Positions 23,650 through 36,280 of a DNA stretch of 64,000 bases are shown here, piece after piece. Position 1 is the stretch's first letter; each line of letters begins with the position of its first letter. Source of the stretch: Neoechinorhynchus agilis (Eukaryota > Animalia > Acanthocephala); the NCBI GenBank assembly GCA_051530055.1, contig CM121343.1:5736389-5800388 (forward strand), in the 5' to 3' direction. The position numbers and the translations under genes are program-made. The notes under the pieces are model-generated. The model was not told where the DNA came from and did no database searches. It saw only the letters and a list, made by a program, of their open reading frames with translations.

Positions 23650-23815
23650 GGGGTAGAGACGTATGGAGCGCTCGGCAGCTCGGCACTGCTCCAGGATGCC
23701 TCGAAGAAATTGAGAGAGACAACCGGAGACTCAAGAGCAGGCATATTCCTTCGATAAAAATATCTCGCTGGCAGTACAACGAGACAATGCTGCCAGCGTG
23801 ATGGCGACGGTCGAG
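23650..23815 (+). mobile_element. 3' remnant of a CRE-type non-LTR retrotransposon
   Basis: GVETYGALG...LRETTGDSRAGIFLR, then NISLAVQRDNAASV in a shifted frame; inverted similarity to 33470-33620. Confidence 0.8.
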
Positions 23816-24564
23816 GAAGGACAAAAGCTGGAATTCGGCGGGAGGTAATGAGTGTGCTTCAAACAGATTGTTAAAAATATATTATGTTTTCCTTTTAAAA
23901 AAATACGAGAACCCATTTAATCATCTTAATCAAAGAATCCCGGGAAATTTATCTATCGTGCGTGTGTATCAGTTTTATTCGTGTTGACCTAAAAACAAGT
24001 GCAGCGTTGATACAGTCTAAACTGAGTACCGCCACGATTAATCCTTTAACTGGTTCATTAAATTTATTGTGCAGTTCGAAATTTCGGCGTACAGATTTTT
24101 AAAATCATATCAAGAAAATCCTCCGAGATGGTAAATGATGAATGATTTTTGATCATAATCCCCGAAATATTTCGAAGGAGGAAACAACGCCTTATCCGGG
24201 TCATTGCTTCACATATTTAAAGACTTACAAGAAATGGCCCGGACGAGGCGATGTTTTGCTCTTTCGAAATAGTAATAATAAAAGAATCTTGAACCGGGGA
24301 TTATGTTCAGGACCATTCATGATTCTTAAAATTTCTAAGTTCAGCCCTAACAACTCGGTTATAATTGTAGATCAAACGAATTGTCAAGAATGTAAACCCG
24401 AAGACGATTTTAATTACTGCTTCAAAAAACCTCAATCCCTTCTTCGATCGCTTTGAAATTTGAACCATTTTAAGACTGTGGACTCACACATTTAAAACGC
24501 TATGTGAGACCTATTAATAGCAATCTCAATTTAAAGCAAAAATATTATCGTAAAAGTATACATC

Positions 24565-26700
24565 TCAAGTTAGCTCTTCCTCATCAGTAGCTTGGAGTGC
24601 AGAAATCTTACTTCCAAATTTGCCAATACCGACGCTTTCGGCAGATTTACCATCACTTGCGCCGGTATAGTAAGATTGGTTTGTGTCTGTTGATTCGTAA
24701 CTCGTGGACACATCGTTTTCATAATCGCTGACGGCTTTGCACGTCAGGATTATGCATATGAATAACATGAATAACAGTCCAAAGAGCAATCCTAGACTAA
24801 TCTTGAATGCTTTGCCGAACGACAGATTATCTAAGCTCGAATGAAAATGCCTCATATGACCTTTGGTATAAAACGAACCTTTAAACTCTCCAGCAGTATC
24901 TAAACAAGGTTAAGGTGCGAAACGCGTTTTTTATCAAGTAATTTTCTAACCTAAAAAAGTTCCACTTGGCTTTCCTGTAAGAATGTAGGAGAAAAAAGAT
25001 AATGTGTTATTATAATAAGACATGTTCGACCTTACCGCATAATATGGGTTTTTTGATACAACCAATATTCGCGTGGCGATCACAATCGAATTTATGAGCG
25101 GAACAAAATCTATCATGAGCTAAGACAACATTCCTTTATTGCGTTCAATTTCCGTATTATCTGTAAAAACTTACTGCAATCGTATAATTCGCATTTCAGG
25201 CATGCCTCCTTTAGTTTGCTTTCGGAAACGCAAGTATTGTTGTATGCGATCCCGCAATAAACCTCATTTAAAGGACACCTTGGCTTCAACACTAAAACGT
25301 TGCTGTCTTTTGGTCATCAAAATACAAGAAGAGTACTTACATGGAGGCAAACAAGGTTTTTGATTTTCGTCCTTGGTAACCTCAAAAATCTGACAATTTA
25401 TATGAGAATGGCTGTAAGCATCAGAACAATACGCGCAAACTTGGTACTTATCACTGCAATGATGAGTCTTTGGCGAAACAACCATTTCCTTATAAAAAAG
25501 TTTCCATGAGTCATTGAGCTTTTCGTCTTTTAAGGTTGTCACGGAAATGAACTCCGGATAAGGCATGATCGAAATCCTTGTCATCGTTTGAACACACTTC
25601 AATGTATCCGCTGCACAGTACGTGTGACAGGTCACATTCTGGCGAAATACTTCGTTAACTGACAAAGATATACGATCTCGAGAATCGCTGAAAATTAAAG
25701 CTGCTCTGCGGGTTTCCGTTGTCGAAGTAACTCGTAACATAAAAGCAAACGGAACAACACTCATTGGATTGCTTTCTCCGGATCTAAAGTCTTCAGCCAT
25801 GATGGTAAAGTGATATGTCCGGCCAATAAACGTTTTCGGGAAATAAACTGCCAAACTGCAATTGGCAAACAAGTCGACCTTAACCCCATAAAAGCTATTT
25901 AAATAATCGCGTATCGCGCATCCGCTTTCGTCAATCTCATACGATTTGGGATCCCTTGTCGGCGAAAATTCGTCCGGGTGAACGCACTCTGTCAAATTGC
26001 CCAAACGTGTGAACGGCCATCGACACTTTATGGTATCAACCTCGTTGGGATCAAATGCCCTTACAATCAACGGCTCGGTCACACTGTGTGCAACTAGATA
26101 TTGTGGAACGACTCCTATCTGCGGTGAGCTGTTAAGTAATCTATCAGACCTGTATAACGTCTTGATTGTTGTGTAAAGAAATGCAGTACTTTTGCTCATG
26201 TAAGCAGTTACACTTGCATCTTTACCTCCAAAAACATACAGGTTCGTACCCGGCATGAATAATAGCCTAATTGAGCTGTCACACGGTAATTGGTAGTCGA
26301 TTAAGCTAACAAAAGTGAGTTGCCCGAATGCTTCATGACTTTGAACACAAGCCCCGTCGATTTTGATACCATCTTTAATCTTTTTATGAGCGCAAAAATT
26401 TTCATTCACGCACGACAAAATGGGATGCACCACAGGAATCCCGATTTCTTCATAGACCTTTGACATTGTGTAACCATGCTTGCGGTAGTCACCATCACAT
26501 CGTTGGGACGTTTGACCTTCGTCGTTTGCTTGCTCAATGGTGTATTCGACGTTCACGAGAACACGGCACCGGTGATTTAGTATGGCAAATTCGTCGTCGT
26601 ACTTAATCATCCTATAGTTTATATTTCCACTTTTAAAGCGGTTACATTTAACAGCATAAATTATAAAATTTGCGATCTTAAAAATTAAAGCAAGTTGCAT
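24565..26700 (-). CDS. Predicted type I membrane protein with a Sib/'integrin beta-like' extracellular region; exons 26700-25341, 25306-25175 and 24899-24565
   Basis: NSSP...P....V......IVRAFDPNEVDTIKCRW and AEDF...PMSVVPFAF resemble that family (recalled, not searched). GT-AG introns 25340-25307 (34 nt) and 25174-24900 join the three blocks in frame to a Cys-rich exon and a hydrophobic TM segment. Confidence 0.6.
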
Positions 26701-27015
26701 TGCAAAGATCTCTTTTACAATAGTACCAACTTTAGGTTCCCGTACTGAAATCCCGTTGTCATAGCAGCGTCCGCGCCTTTCTCTATCTCCTTAGTGGTCC
26801 ATGCGCTGATCTTCGTCCGACTTTCAAAATTCGTTGCAACGAGCACCAAATTCAAATACCTAGAGAAATCGAATGAAAGCATTCATGAAGCAAACTCAAA
26901 ATGAACAAGCGCCTTACAAAGCAATAAAAGACAATGAAACTATTCAGTGAACTTTAGGTACATTGATTCGGTTTAAAAAATCCGGTGTTGATCTCTCGAT
27001 ATGCGCAAATAAGTA

Positions 27016-27068
27016 TTTATTAAAGACGTTTCGAACCTCGTCGGGTTCATCATCAGTTCTTAAATAAA
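27016..27068 (-). ncRNA. Minimal type I hammerhead ribozyme with a fully canonical core (family A)
   Basis: UUUAUUUAAGAA-CUGAUGA-U-GAACC-CGACGA-GGUUC-GAAA-C-GUC-UUUAAUAAA: 5-bp stem II, bulged 9-bp stem I, loop-less ACGU stem III; predicted cut 3' of 27025. Confidence 0.8.
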
Positions 27069-27114
27069 GTTTAGCTGTGAACAAAGTAGCGTCAATGAGA
27101 CATTGTTCGCACTT

Positions 27115-30100
27115 CACACATTTCATCCCATGTCCGGCACCGCCATGCAACTCGGTTCGAAAAATTAATGTTCTTCGTCGAAAGATGCCTTAACACTGAC
27201 CTATCAAACACATTAATTTGAAGATCGTCCAGACGATTATCGAATTCATGAAAAAGCTATTAAAGTCAAAAGTAGTTCAAGAACATTTGAATAAAGTCAA
27301 AATCGGTTGATTACATTGGCTCAGAAGCGCTCCATTCAGAGCTAAAAGTGTCCAGCGAGCATTTTGGAACCCTTAACCCGGGTTTCGCAGTAGATTTCAC
27401 ACATTTCATCCCATGTCCGGCACCGTTATGCAACTCGGTTGGAAAAATTAATGTTCTTCGTCGAAAGATGCCTTAACACTGACCTATCAAACGTATTAAA
27501 TTGTAGATCGTCCAGGCGATTATCGAATTCATGAAAAAGCTGTTAAAGTAAAAAGTAGTTCAAGAACATTTGAATAAAGTCAAAATCGGTTGATTACATT
27601 GGCTCAGAAGCGCTCCATTCAGAGCTAAAAGTGTCCAGCGAGCATTTTGGAACACTTAACCCGGGTTTCGCAGTAGATTTCACACATTTCATCCCATGTC
27701 CGGCACCGTTATGCAACTCGGTTGGAAAAATTAATGTTCTTCGTCGAAAGATGCCTTAACACTGACCTATCAAACGTATTAAATTGTAGATCGTCCAGGC
27801 GATTATCGAATTCATGAAAAAGCTGTTAAAGTAAAAAGTAGTTCAAGAACATTTGAATAAAGTCAAAATCGGTTGATTACATTGGCTCAGAAGCGCTCCA
27901 TTCAGAGCTAAAAGTGTCCAGCGAGCATTTTGGAACCCTTAACCCGGGTTTCGCAGTAGATTTCACACATTTCATCCCATGTCCGGCACCGTTATGCAAC
28001 TCGGTTGGAAAAATTAATGTTCTTCGTCGAAAGATGCCTTAACACTGACCTATCAAACACATTAATTTGAAGATCGTCCAGGCGATTATCGAATTCATGA
28101 AAAAGCTGTTAAAGTAAAAAGTAGTTCAAGAACATTTGAATAAAGTCAAAATCGGTTGATTACATTGGCTCAGAAGCGCTCCATTCAGAGCTAAAAGTGT
28201 CCAGCGAGCATTTTGGAACCCTTAACCCGGGTTTCGCAGTAGATTTCACACATTTCATCCCATGTCCGGCACCGTTATGCAACTCGGTTGGAAAATTAAT
28301 GTTCTTCGTCGAAAGATGCCTTAACACTGACCTATCAAACGTATTAAATTGTAGATCGTCCAGGCGATTATCGAATTCATGAAAAAGCTGTTAAAGTAAA
28401 AAGTAGTTCAAGAACATTTGAATAAAGTCAAAATCGGTTGATTACATTGGCTCAGAAGCGCTCCATTCAGAGCTAAAAGTGTCCAGCGAGCATTTTGGAA
28501 CCCTTAACCCGGGTTTCGCAGTAGATTTCACACATTTCATCCCATGTCCGGCACCGTTATGCAACTCGGTTGGAAAAATTAATGTTCTTCGTCGAAAGAT
28601 GCCTTAACACTGACCTATCAAACGTATTAAATTGTAGATCGTCCAGGCGATTATCGAATTCATGAAAAAGCTGTTAAAGTAAAAAGTAGTTCAAGAACAT
28701 TTGAATAAAGTCAAAATCGGTTGATTACATTGGCTCAGAAGCGCTCCATTCAGAGCTAAAAGTGTCCAGCGAGCATTTTGGAACCCTTAACCCGGGTTTC
28801 GCAGTAGATTTCACACATTTCATCCCATGTCCGGCACCGTTATGCAACTCGGTTGGAAAAATTAATGTTCTTCGTCGAAAGATGCCTTAACACTGACCTA
28901 TCAAACGTATTAAATTGTAGATCGTCCAGGCGATTATCGAATTCATGAAAAAGCTGTTAAAGTAAAAAGTAGTTCAAGAACATTTGAATAAAGTCAAAAT
29001 CGGTTGATTACATTGGCTCAGAAGCGCTCCATTCAGAGCTAAAAGTGTCCAGCGAGCATTTTGGAACCCTTAACCCGGGTTTCGCAGTAGATTTCACACA
29101 TTTCATCCCATGTCCGGCACCGTTATGCAACTCGGTTCGAAAAATTAATGTTCTTCGTCGAAAGATGCCTTAACACTGACCTATCAAACGTATTAAATTG
29201 TAGATCGTCCAGGCGATTATCGAATTCATGAAAAAGCTGTTAAAGTAAAAAGTAGTTCAAGAACATTTGAATAAAGTCAAAATCGGTTGATTACATTGGC
29301 TCAGAAGCGCTCCATTCAGAGCTAAAAGTGTCCAGCGAGCATTTTGGAACCCTTAACCCGGGTTTCGCAGTAGATTTCACACATTTCATCCCATGTCCGG
29401 CACCGTTATGCAACTCGGTTGGAAAAATTAATGTTCTTCGTCGAAAGATGCCTTAACACTGACCTATCAAACGTATTAAATTGTAGATCGTCCAGGCGAT
29501 TATCGAATTCATGAAAAAGCTGTTAAAGTAAAAAGTAGTTCAAGAACATTTGAATAAAGTCAAAATCGGTTGATTACATTGGCTCAGAAGCGCTCCATTC
29601 AGAGCTAAAAGTGTCCAGCGAGCATTTTGGAACCCTTAACCCGGGTTTCGCAGTAGATTTCACACATTTCATCCCATGTCCGGCACCGTTATGCAACTCG
29701 GTTGGAAAAATTAATGTTCTTCGTCGAAAGATGCTTAACACTGACCTATCAAACGTATTAAATTGTAGATCGTCCAGGCGATTATCGAATTCATGAAAAA
29801 GCTGTTAAAGTCAAAAGTAGTTCAAGAACATTTGAATAAAGTCAAAATCGGTTGATTACATTGGCTCAGAAGCGCTCCATTCAGAGCTAAAGGTGTCCAG
29901 CGAGCATTTTCGAACACTTAACTCGGGTTTCGCAGTAGATTTCACACATTTCATCCCATGTCCGGCACCGTTATGCAACTCGGTTCGAAAAATTAATGTT
30001 CTTCGTCGAAAGATGCCTTAACACTGACCTATCAAACGTATTAAATTGTAGATCGTCCAGGCGATTATCGAATTCATGAAAAAGCTGTTAAAGTAAAAAG

Positions 30101-30522
30101 TAGTTCAAGAACATTTGAATAAAGTCAAAATCGGTTGATTACATTGGCTCAGAAGCGCTCCATTCAGAGCTAAAAGTGTCCAGCGAGCATTTTGGAACCC
30201 TTAACCCGGGTTTCGCAGTAGATTTCACACATTTCATCCCATGTCCGGCACCGTTATGCAACTCGGTTGGAAAAATTAAGTTCTTCGTCGAAAGATGCCT
30301 TAACACTGACCTATCAAACGTATTAAATTGTAGATCGTCCAGGCGATTATCGAATTCATGAAAAAGCTGTTAAAGTCAAAAGTAGTTCAAGAACATTTGA
30401 ATAAAGTCAAAATCGGTTGATTACATTGGCTCAGAAGCGCTCTATTCAGAGCTAAAGGTGTCCAGCGAGCATTTTGGAACCCTTAACCCGGGTTTCGCAG
30501 TAGATTTCACACATTTCATCCC
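27115..30522. repeat. Tandem array, 12 x 283 bp, highly homogeneous
   Basis: CACACATTTCATCCC recurs at 27115, 27398, 27681 and so on to ~30508; the repeated 61-aa ORFs in the track reflect it. Confidence 0.97.
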
Positions 30523-30696
30523 CTTAGCAAAGGTCAGCATTTGAATAAATTCAAAATCGTCAAGAAAAAACTTATGACTGACAAACTCATTGAATGCATT
30601 ACGAACTTATTTGATACGCAATGACGTCACATTTTGTAGAATATTAGGGAGGTGGATGCGAAAGGGCAATAACGCTGGAAGAATCGATATAAGTGG

Positions 30697-32277
30697 ATGT
30701 GTGCATGTGGTTCGAGTGAGGCAAAAAAGTTGAAAGTTGCTGTTTTTTTTGCGATGCCGGAGCGTGAGGCGGATTCTAGTATTGAGGTTACACAGCGCGC
30801 GATTAGGACGGATCATAATTTTGGGCGAGCCGGAAGGTCGGTTGTCAATTGCGACGATGTGGATTTGGTTGTGATTGAGGTGGTAAGGAGCATACTGCGG
30901 TTAGCATCAGGACAAGGCGCGAATAATTCGGTAGTTTTCAGCCGCAGTTCGTCCATTGCTGAGGTTAAAAGCGTTGATGGTAGATCGGCGTTTAGGTCGT
31001 TGGTTGCAAAGTCGAATAGTGGAGATTTGGCTCCTAAGGTAATTGCATTCGAAGATGCGTCATTTTTTATTGAGGAGATTCCAAAGGACCACGAGGACCT
31101 GGGGGGCGACGAGGGCATTGCTAATCGGGTAAAGAATCGTTCACGTGCAGTAAAGCGTGTTATTCCTTGGCAGCCAGTGGTGCCCCAGCGCACTAATGCA
31201 TCTAAGCGGCCAAGATGGGGGGACAATCGCGAGATGGGTTCGAATCAATACAAAATAATAAGATCGACTTCACATATGACAAAGCCCCAGGACTATACAA
31301 TGCATAGGCGATGCGTTGGACTTAAAATGGATATGAGTAGGAGTTTAAGACGTGCCGTCGGAACCATCTACAAATACTTTTGTAATAAGTGTACTTTCGA
31401 AACGAACACGGCTGAAGCATTGACGGAGCATTTATGGAATGTTCATGTGTTCAGATGCTTGTCGTGCACTTTCATGTCTGATACAAGGTACGGTTTGTTA
31501 CAGCATCAAATGAGTCACTGTCCCGTGAGATCGTCCACGAGGGTTCCTCCAATTATCCTTGATACGGTCATTGAGTCATCGGACCACAGAATGTATTTGT
31601 TGAACAATTTCGAACCGGTCTCAGCTTATCCCTCAATTACCACTCAAATATACGCTTGCCAACATTGCGCCTTTGTAAGTGTAAGCGAAGATGAGATGTC
31701 AAAGCATTGTAGTCAACTGTCAACATTCAAGTTCGGATGTTCAAAATGCCATCACTCGAGTGGTAGCAGAAAGGGTCAGATCGAACACCGCAATAAGTAT
31801 CATCGAACTAAATTGAGTCCGAGAAAAGGGAGGCTATCCGAACAATCGATAATTAACGATGATGGCGATGAACAAAGCTGGTGCCATAAAACGATAATGA
31901 TAAGGCAGCAAGTGTCCGGAGATGCTTCTTTTCCACTTACGGAACGATTAGGATTTTATTCTTCAAGAGCACTTTTATCGAAAAACAAGACTCAGTTGGT
32001 TCAGTGCACTCTGCATGGATCTTCCCGTCAGAATTCCGGGAATTTCATTCAACACGAATTGAGGCATATTGGAGAGTCGTTTCCACAAGCAAGCATCAAC
32101 CCGTCTTTCACTCAACTCATGGTTAGATCAGTACCCATCAGGAACGTTCAACCTTCAGTGCCGTATTGCAACACCGCCACAACTACTGATCGAATCGAAC
32201 GCGTTCAAAATCAAGTCAAAAACGATGTACGATGGCAACAGTCGAGTCGGAGGCAGCGATACTTCCTCTTCAACTGA
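30697..32277 (+). CDS. C2H2 zinc-finger protein, intronless
   Basis: YFCNKCTF...EHLWNVH, FRCLSCTF...LQHQMSH, YACQHCAF and FGCSKC...IEHRNKYH finger motifs. Confidence 0.8.
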   Translation: MCACGSSEAKKLKVAVFFAMPEREADSSIEVTQRAIRTDHNFGRAGRSVVNCDDVDLVVIEVVRSILRLASGQGANNSVVFSRSSSIAEVKSVDGRSAFRSLVAKSNSGDLAPKVIAFEDASFFIEEIPKDHEDLGGDEGIANRVKNRSRAVKRVIPWQPVVPQRTNASKRPRWGDNREMGSNQYKIIRSTSHMTKPQDYTMHRRCVGLKMDMSRSLRRAVGTIYKYFCNKCTFETNTAEALTEHLWNVHVFRCLSCTFMSDTRYGLLQHQMSHCPVRSSTRVPPIILDTVIESSDHRMYLLNNFEPVSAYPSITTQIYACQHCAFVSVSEDEMSKHCSQLSTFKFGCSKCHHSSGSRKGQIEHRNKYHRTKLSPRKGRLSEQSIINDDGDEQSWCHKTIMIRQQVSGDASFPLTERLGFYSSRALLSKNKTQLVQCTLHGSSRQNSGNFIQHELRHIGESFPQASINPSFTQLMVRSVPIRNVQPSVPYCNTATTTDRIERVQNQVKNDVRWQQSSRRQRYFLFN

Positions 32278-32822
32278 GTCTCAAGGCTAAAAGTCACAAT
32301 TTGATGGACACCTCCGGCGAACCACGCACTCAGGTATTCTTCAATCGTTCGCTTTTTGTGTGTGTGGATCAATAAAATAGGCATACTGACATGCTGCCAG
32401 GATTTCCATCGCATACGTTAACTTGGATACTCGTCGTCGGATTTCCCCATGAGTGCAGTAGATTTTATTCCACGCGTTTCTTCCGTATATTCAAGGTTCG
32501 CGACGATTCTCCCTTTAATATTTGGACTATTTTTGAATTTCTGCCTTTAATTGATTCAGGATAAAGCTTTATTTTTAGAGCGCCACTGTCCATACGGCCA
32601 GGAAATCGAGATTATCTTAGAAACAATTTTTCGTAAATATCGAGTGCCATAAATACTTTTAAATACACTTTCGTTTGCGTTAATCCGGGAAGCCTTAACG
32701 TTTCCTCTTTGTTCTTGACGTATCTTTTGGATTCTTCCGTATTCGAGTGTCCTTGACAACACCCGCACTGCGCTACTCGCAAGTAGAGGAGGATTGTTTT
32801 TAGTTGTGGTCCCTTTTCAGAT

Positions 32823-33350
32823 ATGAATGCTCTTCAGTGTGCTCTCAGCAGTATAGTAGGCATCTACGCGATCTACATTGGAACGGTTAATTTGTCGCCC
32901 AACTTCGATGGCGAATTGCATATCCAGCACAAAGAGATGTTTGGACATCTCAATCGTGTCTTTCCGTTTTACTCTTTAACAAATTACAGACCTTATGCTA
33001 GAAACTATCGTTGTTCAGTTGGTTTGATCGAGATCATCGCCGGATCCACTCTTTTGACCGGTCAACTTGGATTCAAAAAATTAGCGGCTTTGGTCCTTCT
33101 AGGAGTTCAAATCCTATTACTCAGGTCCGAGCACCAACTCAATCAATATTTTAAGTTTTTTAAACTGGATATGATATCGATTGGAATATTACTTATTTTG
33201 GTTGCATTCGTACTTAACAGCGGAAAAGATGTACGCGAAGAGAGGAAAATACGTACATCTACTAGACGCCGAAGTGTGTCCAGTCGAAGAACTGGCATTG
33301 AAAATGACATCCATGAAAATTCGGAAGCTTCAATCGATGAAGATGATTAG
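32823..33350 (+). CDS. TMEM35: TMEM35/NACHO-like DoxX-family membrane protein
   Basis: Hydrophobic helices with ...F.RVFP......P....Y...VGLIEIIAG..L..G, typical of TMEM35; basic/acidic tail. Confidence 0.75.
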   Translation: MNALQCALSSIVGIYAIYIGTVNLSPNFDGELHIQHKEMFGHLNRVFPFYSLTNYRPYARNYRCSVGLIEIIAGSTLLTGQLGFKKLAALVLLGVQILLLRSEHQLNQYFKFFKLDMISIGILLILVAFVLNSGKDVREERKIRTSTRRRSVSSRRTGIENDIHENSEASIDEDD

Positions 33351-33449
33351 AAGGTGAAAGGGGAATATGCTGATTTTTGTCTTGATCTAATAAAAGTCAT
33401 TCTTTAATCTAACGCACCATGTTCGTTTTTCCCTTATTAAACTTTTATT

Positions 33450-33870
33450 TGTTCCTCAAAATTGGAGTTTCTCTCCTTCCTCCGCTGTCACTATCACGCT
33501 GGCAGCATTGCCTCGTTGTACTGCGAGCGAGATATTTTGTTCTGCTCGTGCGTCGCCGGTCTCTCAATTTCTTCGAGGGATCCCGGAGCAGAGTGCCGAG
33601 GTCTCCGAAGGGGACAAAATAGTGGATCCTTGCTAATTCTCCCGCTGAGAGAGTAGGGAATGTTGCTTACTGCGAGGAACGTGGCGTCCCAGAGAAGGCA
33701 TTTGCTCTCCCACCACGGAAAGACCGAAACCGTCTAGTCGACAATGATGGGCGGGTTCCAAGATGTTGGGAAAGTTCGCCGTTCTCAACGCCCGAGAAAT
33801 TACGCTGTTGATTTGCTTTTTAGATAACAAAAATTGGGCCCATGGACCTTTGGATCCTCTTTGTGGCATT
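33450..33870 (-). mobile_element. 3' remnant of a CRE-type non-LTR retrotransposon (RLE domain, frameshifted)
   Basis: INSVISRALRTANFPNILEP...RLDG / FPWWESKCLLWDAT / YFVPF / NISLAVQRGNAASV. Confidence 0.85.
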
Positions 33871-33948
33871 GTTTTTACATGGTTGTTCTATATATGTGGA
33901 AGTAGGGAAAAATTACATATCCAAGAATCACTTTAATTCCTTATCTGT

Positions 33949-34285
33949 TTGAGCATTCGTGAAGGCCAAAGCGGTGCGGTATATAGAATACCTTGCTCGG
34001 ATTGTGATCGCTGCTATATTGGCCAGACGAATTACTTTGGGAGGAGGATGAAGGAACTCCGCTGTTGTTTCCAGGCCATAAGATCGATATTAACCACGGA
34101 TATTTGTTGGTACGCAAACGTGTTATTATCGAGGCCATGTTCATTCAGGGAGCCAATACTTTCGAAGGAAACAAGACAGATTATTCCCTAAAGTTGAGAA
34201 TACCTCCTGACAATGAGGCTGCAAAATTCCTTTTCAGATAATTGACTGAAGAAGTCCAGCGTGATTAGAAGAAATATTCCAATTA
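33949..34285 (+). mobile_element. Penelope-like element 3' remnant: GIY-YIG endonuclease plus degenerate HHR (34239-34285)
   Basis: GAVYRIPCSDCDRCYIGQT...RRMKE and RKRVIIEAMFI, then UAAUUGA-CUGAAGA-A-GUC...GAAA-UA-UU-CCAAUUA. Confidence 0.85.
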
Positions 34286-34836
34286 AAGTGATTCTTTGAT
34301 TGACGAAGAAATTAAAATGATTTTAAAATCCGTGATAAATTTTTTCGAAAAAGAATCGGCAGTTTTAAAACCAAAATCATCATTTAATTTCTCTACGCCG
34401 TATAAAACAACCCATTTATGAACAATTCAATCTTCAAACATTATTTTCCATGAAGATAGGTTAATCGTTATTTGACCGATTTTGAAACTATGGAATGCGG
34501 ATTTGGTGACGTCGAAGGTATGTCCGTTACGATCTATATCCGTACAATTATGAGGTACGGATTCGTTTTCGTCTCAGGAAATCTACTATTAGCGCTGATC
34601 GGAAATTACGACCTTCCTTTCGATCATTGCGATGATAGAATTTATAATAATAACACATTTTATTGTTGTAAACAGAGAAAACATGTCCTTATCTGGGCCC
34701 TCCTCGTGAGCACTCGAGTTCTGATTTGTCAAACGAATACGGTTGTGGTTGGAGTATCCGGTCATTGGATATCCCTTCCGTTGGCAATTAAAGGTTATTG
34801 TTTGTGAGAGATTTATTTGATTTTGGTTGGTTTTTA

Positions 34837-36280
34837 ATCGAAAAACCCATTTACCGGGTAAAGACTTCTAGAAAATAAGTCTAATCACATTCCCCGGAAC
34901 CTCCTTTCACATATCGACATTGCCATCGCTTTGGAATTATTGGAATATTCCAAGGAAAACGTAGACCTTTGAGCAAAGCACCAAGTATCCATTTGTACCG
35001 TTTTTATGATGATTTCGTCCAGGATCGAGTCCTTGAGAAATCTGACCTGAATATTTGCGAAATTTATCAATTTCAAGGCTTGTTCCCCATTGTTTTTATA
35101 GATGGTCCTATTAGACAGCTATTTAGCCAAGTGTAGAGGAGCGAGCGAGAGAGGCAATTGATAGCTTGGCACCATATGAAAAGATTGATAGCATTGGGAA
35201 CGGCTTGTCTGCGCTATTTCCGTTTCGCCAAGGTTCCGTGCATTAGGAGGCTTTAAGTTTTCCGGCGATGGTACTTGGGTCCTCAATTAGATGTTTCGCG
35301 GATACTGAGAATCTTACGCGATAACGTATTCCAATCGCCCTCAACGGAGGAACATCTTTGTTTTCCATTTCCCCGGAAATGCTTTTCTCCGAAATGCACC
35401 AGAGGAAGTGTGGGTAAAATCGTCGGAATGCGTTTGCCCCACTCCCCCGACTTTAATTGCTTTTGGTTCAGGCAAAACGTGTGTTTGTGTTCGTTTTAGC
35501 TATTTGCAGTAGCTAATTTGTTGTTGTTGTTGTTGTTGTTTCGATGGCTCTGCTAGTAGTCGAGGTTCCTTAACACGCCAATAGCCGTCAGTTGATCATC
35601 GGTTTGACATTGCCAAACCACATACAGGTTCCTCACAGACTCGGGACAATTATAACGACTATCACTTGTCGACGTCCCCTTCTGGAATGCTCAGGATGCC
35701 AGGTGATCCGAGTATATCGAGTCCTAGCACATCCGATGGCAACGGTCCTCAAGAAGAGTCGGGATCGCTTCCTCCCGTCAGCGAAGAAGACGACGAGAAA
35801 ACCCAATTGAATTACGCTGAACAAAACGCGACGACCATCACAATAAGCAATAATCTATCGGGCGTCATAGGTACGGCTTCATTCGTTTCATCCCTTTCGG
35901 GAATCGACAATCAACGGTACGCAATGGCGACCAACAACAACACTACTTGTGGCGGACTCTCTGCTTCGCATATGGATTTTATACTCGTCAAGGAATATCG
36001 ATAATGGGAGCATTATTAGTCTGGTGCCGTCTTTACGCAGCTCGACGTACATGGTCGAAAGCATTCCGAGGAGGACCTCCGTGGTTTCTAATAGGAATGT
36101 GCGTCTGCGCTCCTTATTTAGTTTCGTGGTGTGTGGTTCCGATTTTTCTAAATCGATATTTCTTGCACTTGATGACTCAGGACAGCACTTGCTTTAATAG
36201 CGATATTACGTACGCCACCGATATGATGAACACTCAGGCCATGAGCATCGTGGCATCGTCAGAAGCTCCCAACGAGCAGA
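34837..36280 (+). repeat. Inverted segmental duplication of 16809-18253 (pygopus promoter and 5' part, plus the left end of element A2)
   Basis: All ORFs in the track are identical between the two copies; identity ends after AACGAGCAGA (36280/16809) and after AATCGAAAAA (34837/18253). Confidence 0.95.

Noticed and set aside
28197-30361. Repeated 61-aa ORFs (and the 61-64-aa ORFs at 36727 and 36971) as a peptide gene family
   Set aside because: They are by-products of the repeat unit: the starts are non-ATG and single indels switch the frame between copies.
27115-30522. CRISPR-like interpretation of the tandem arrays
   Set aside because: The units are contiguous and near-identical with no unique spacers, there are no cas genes, and the context is eukaryotic.
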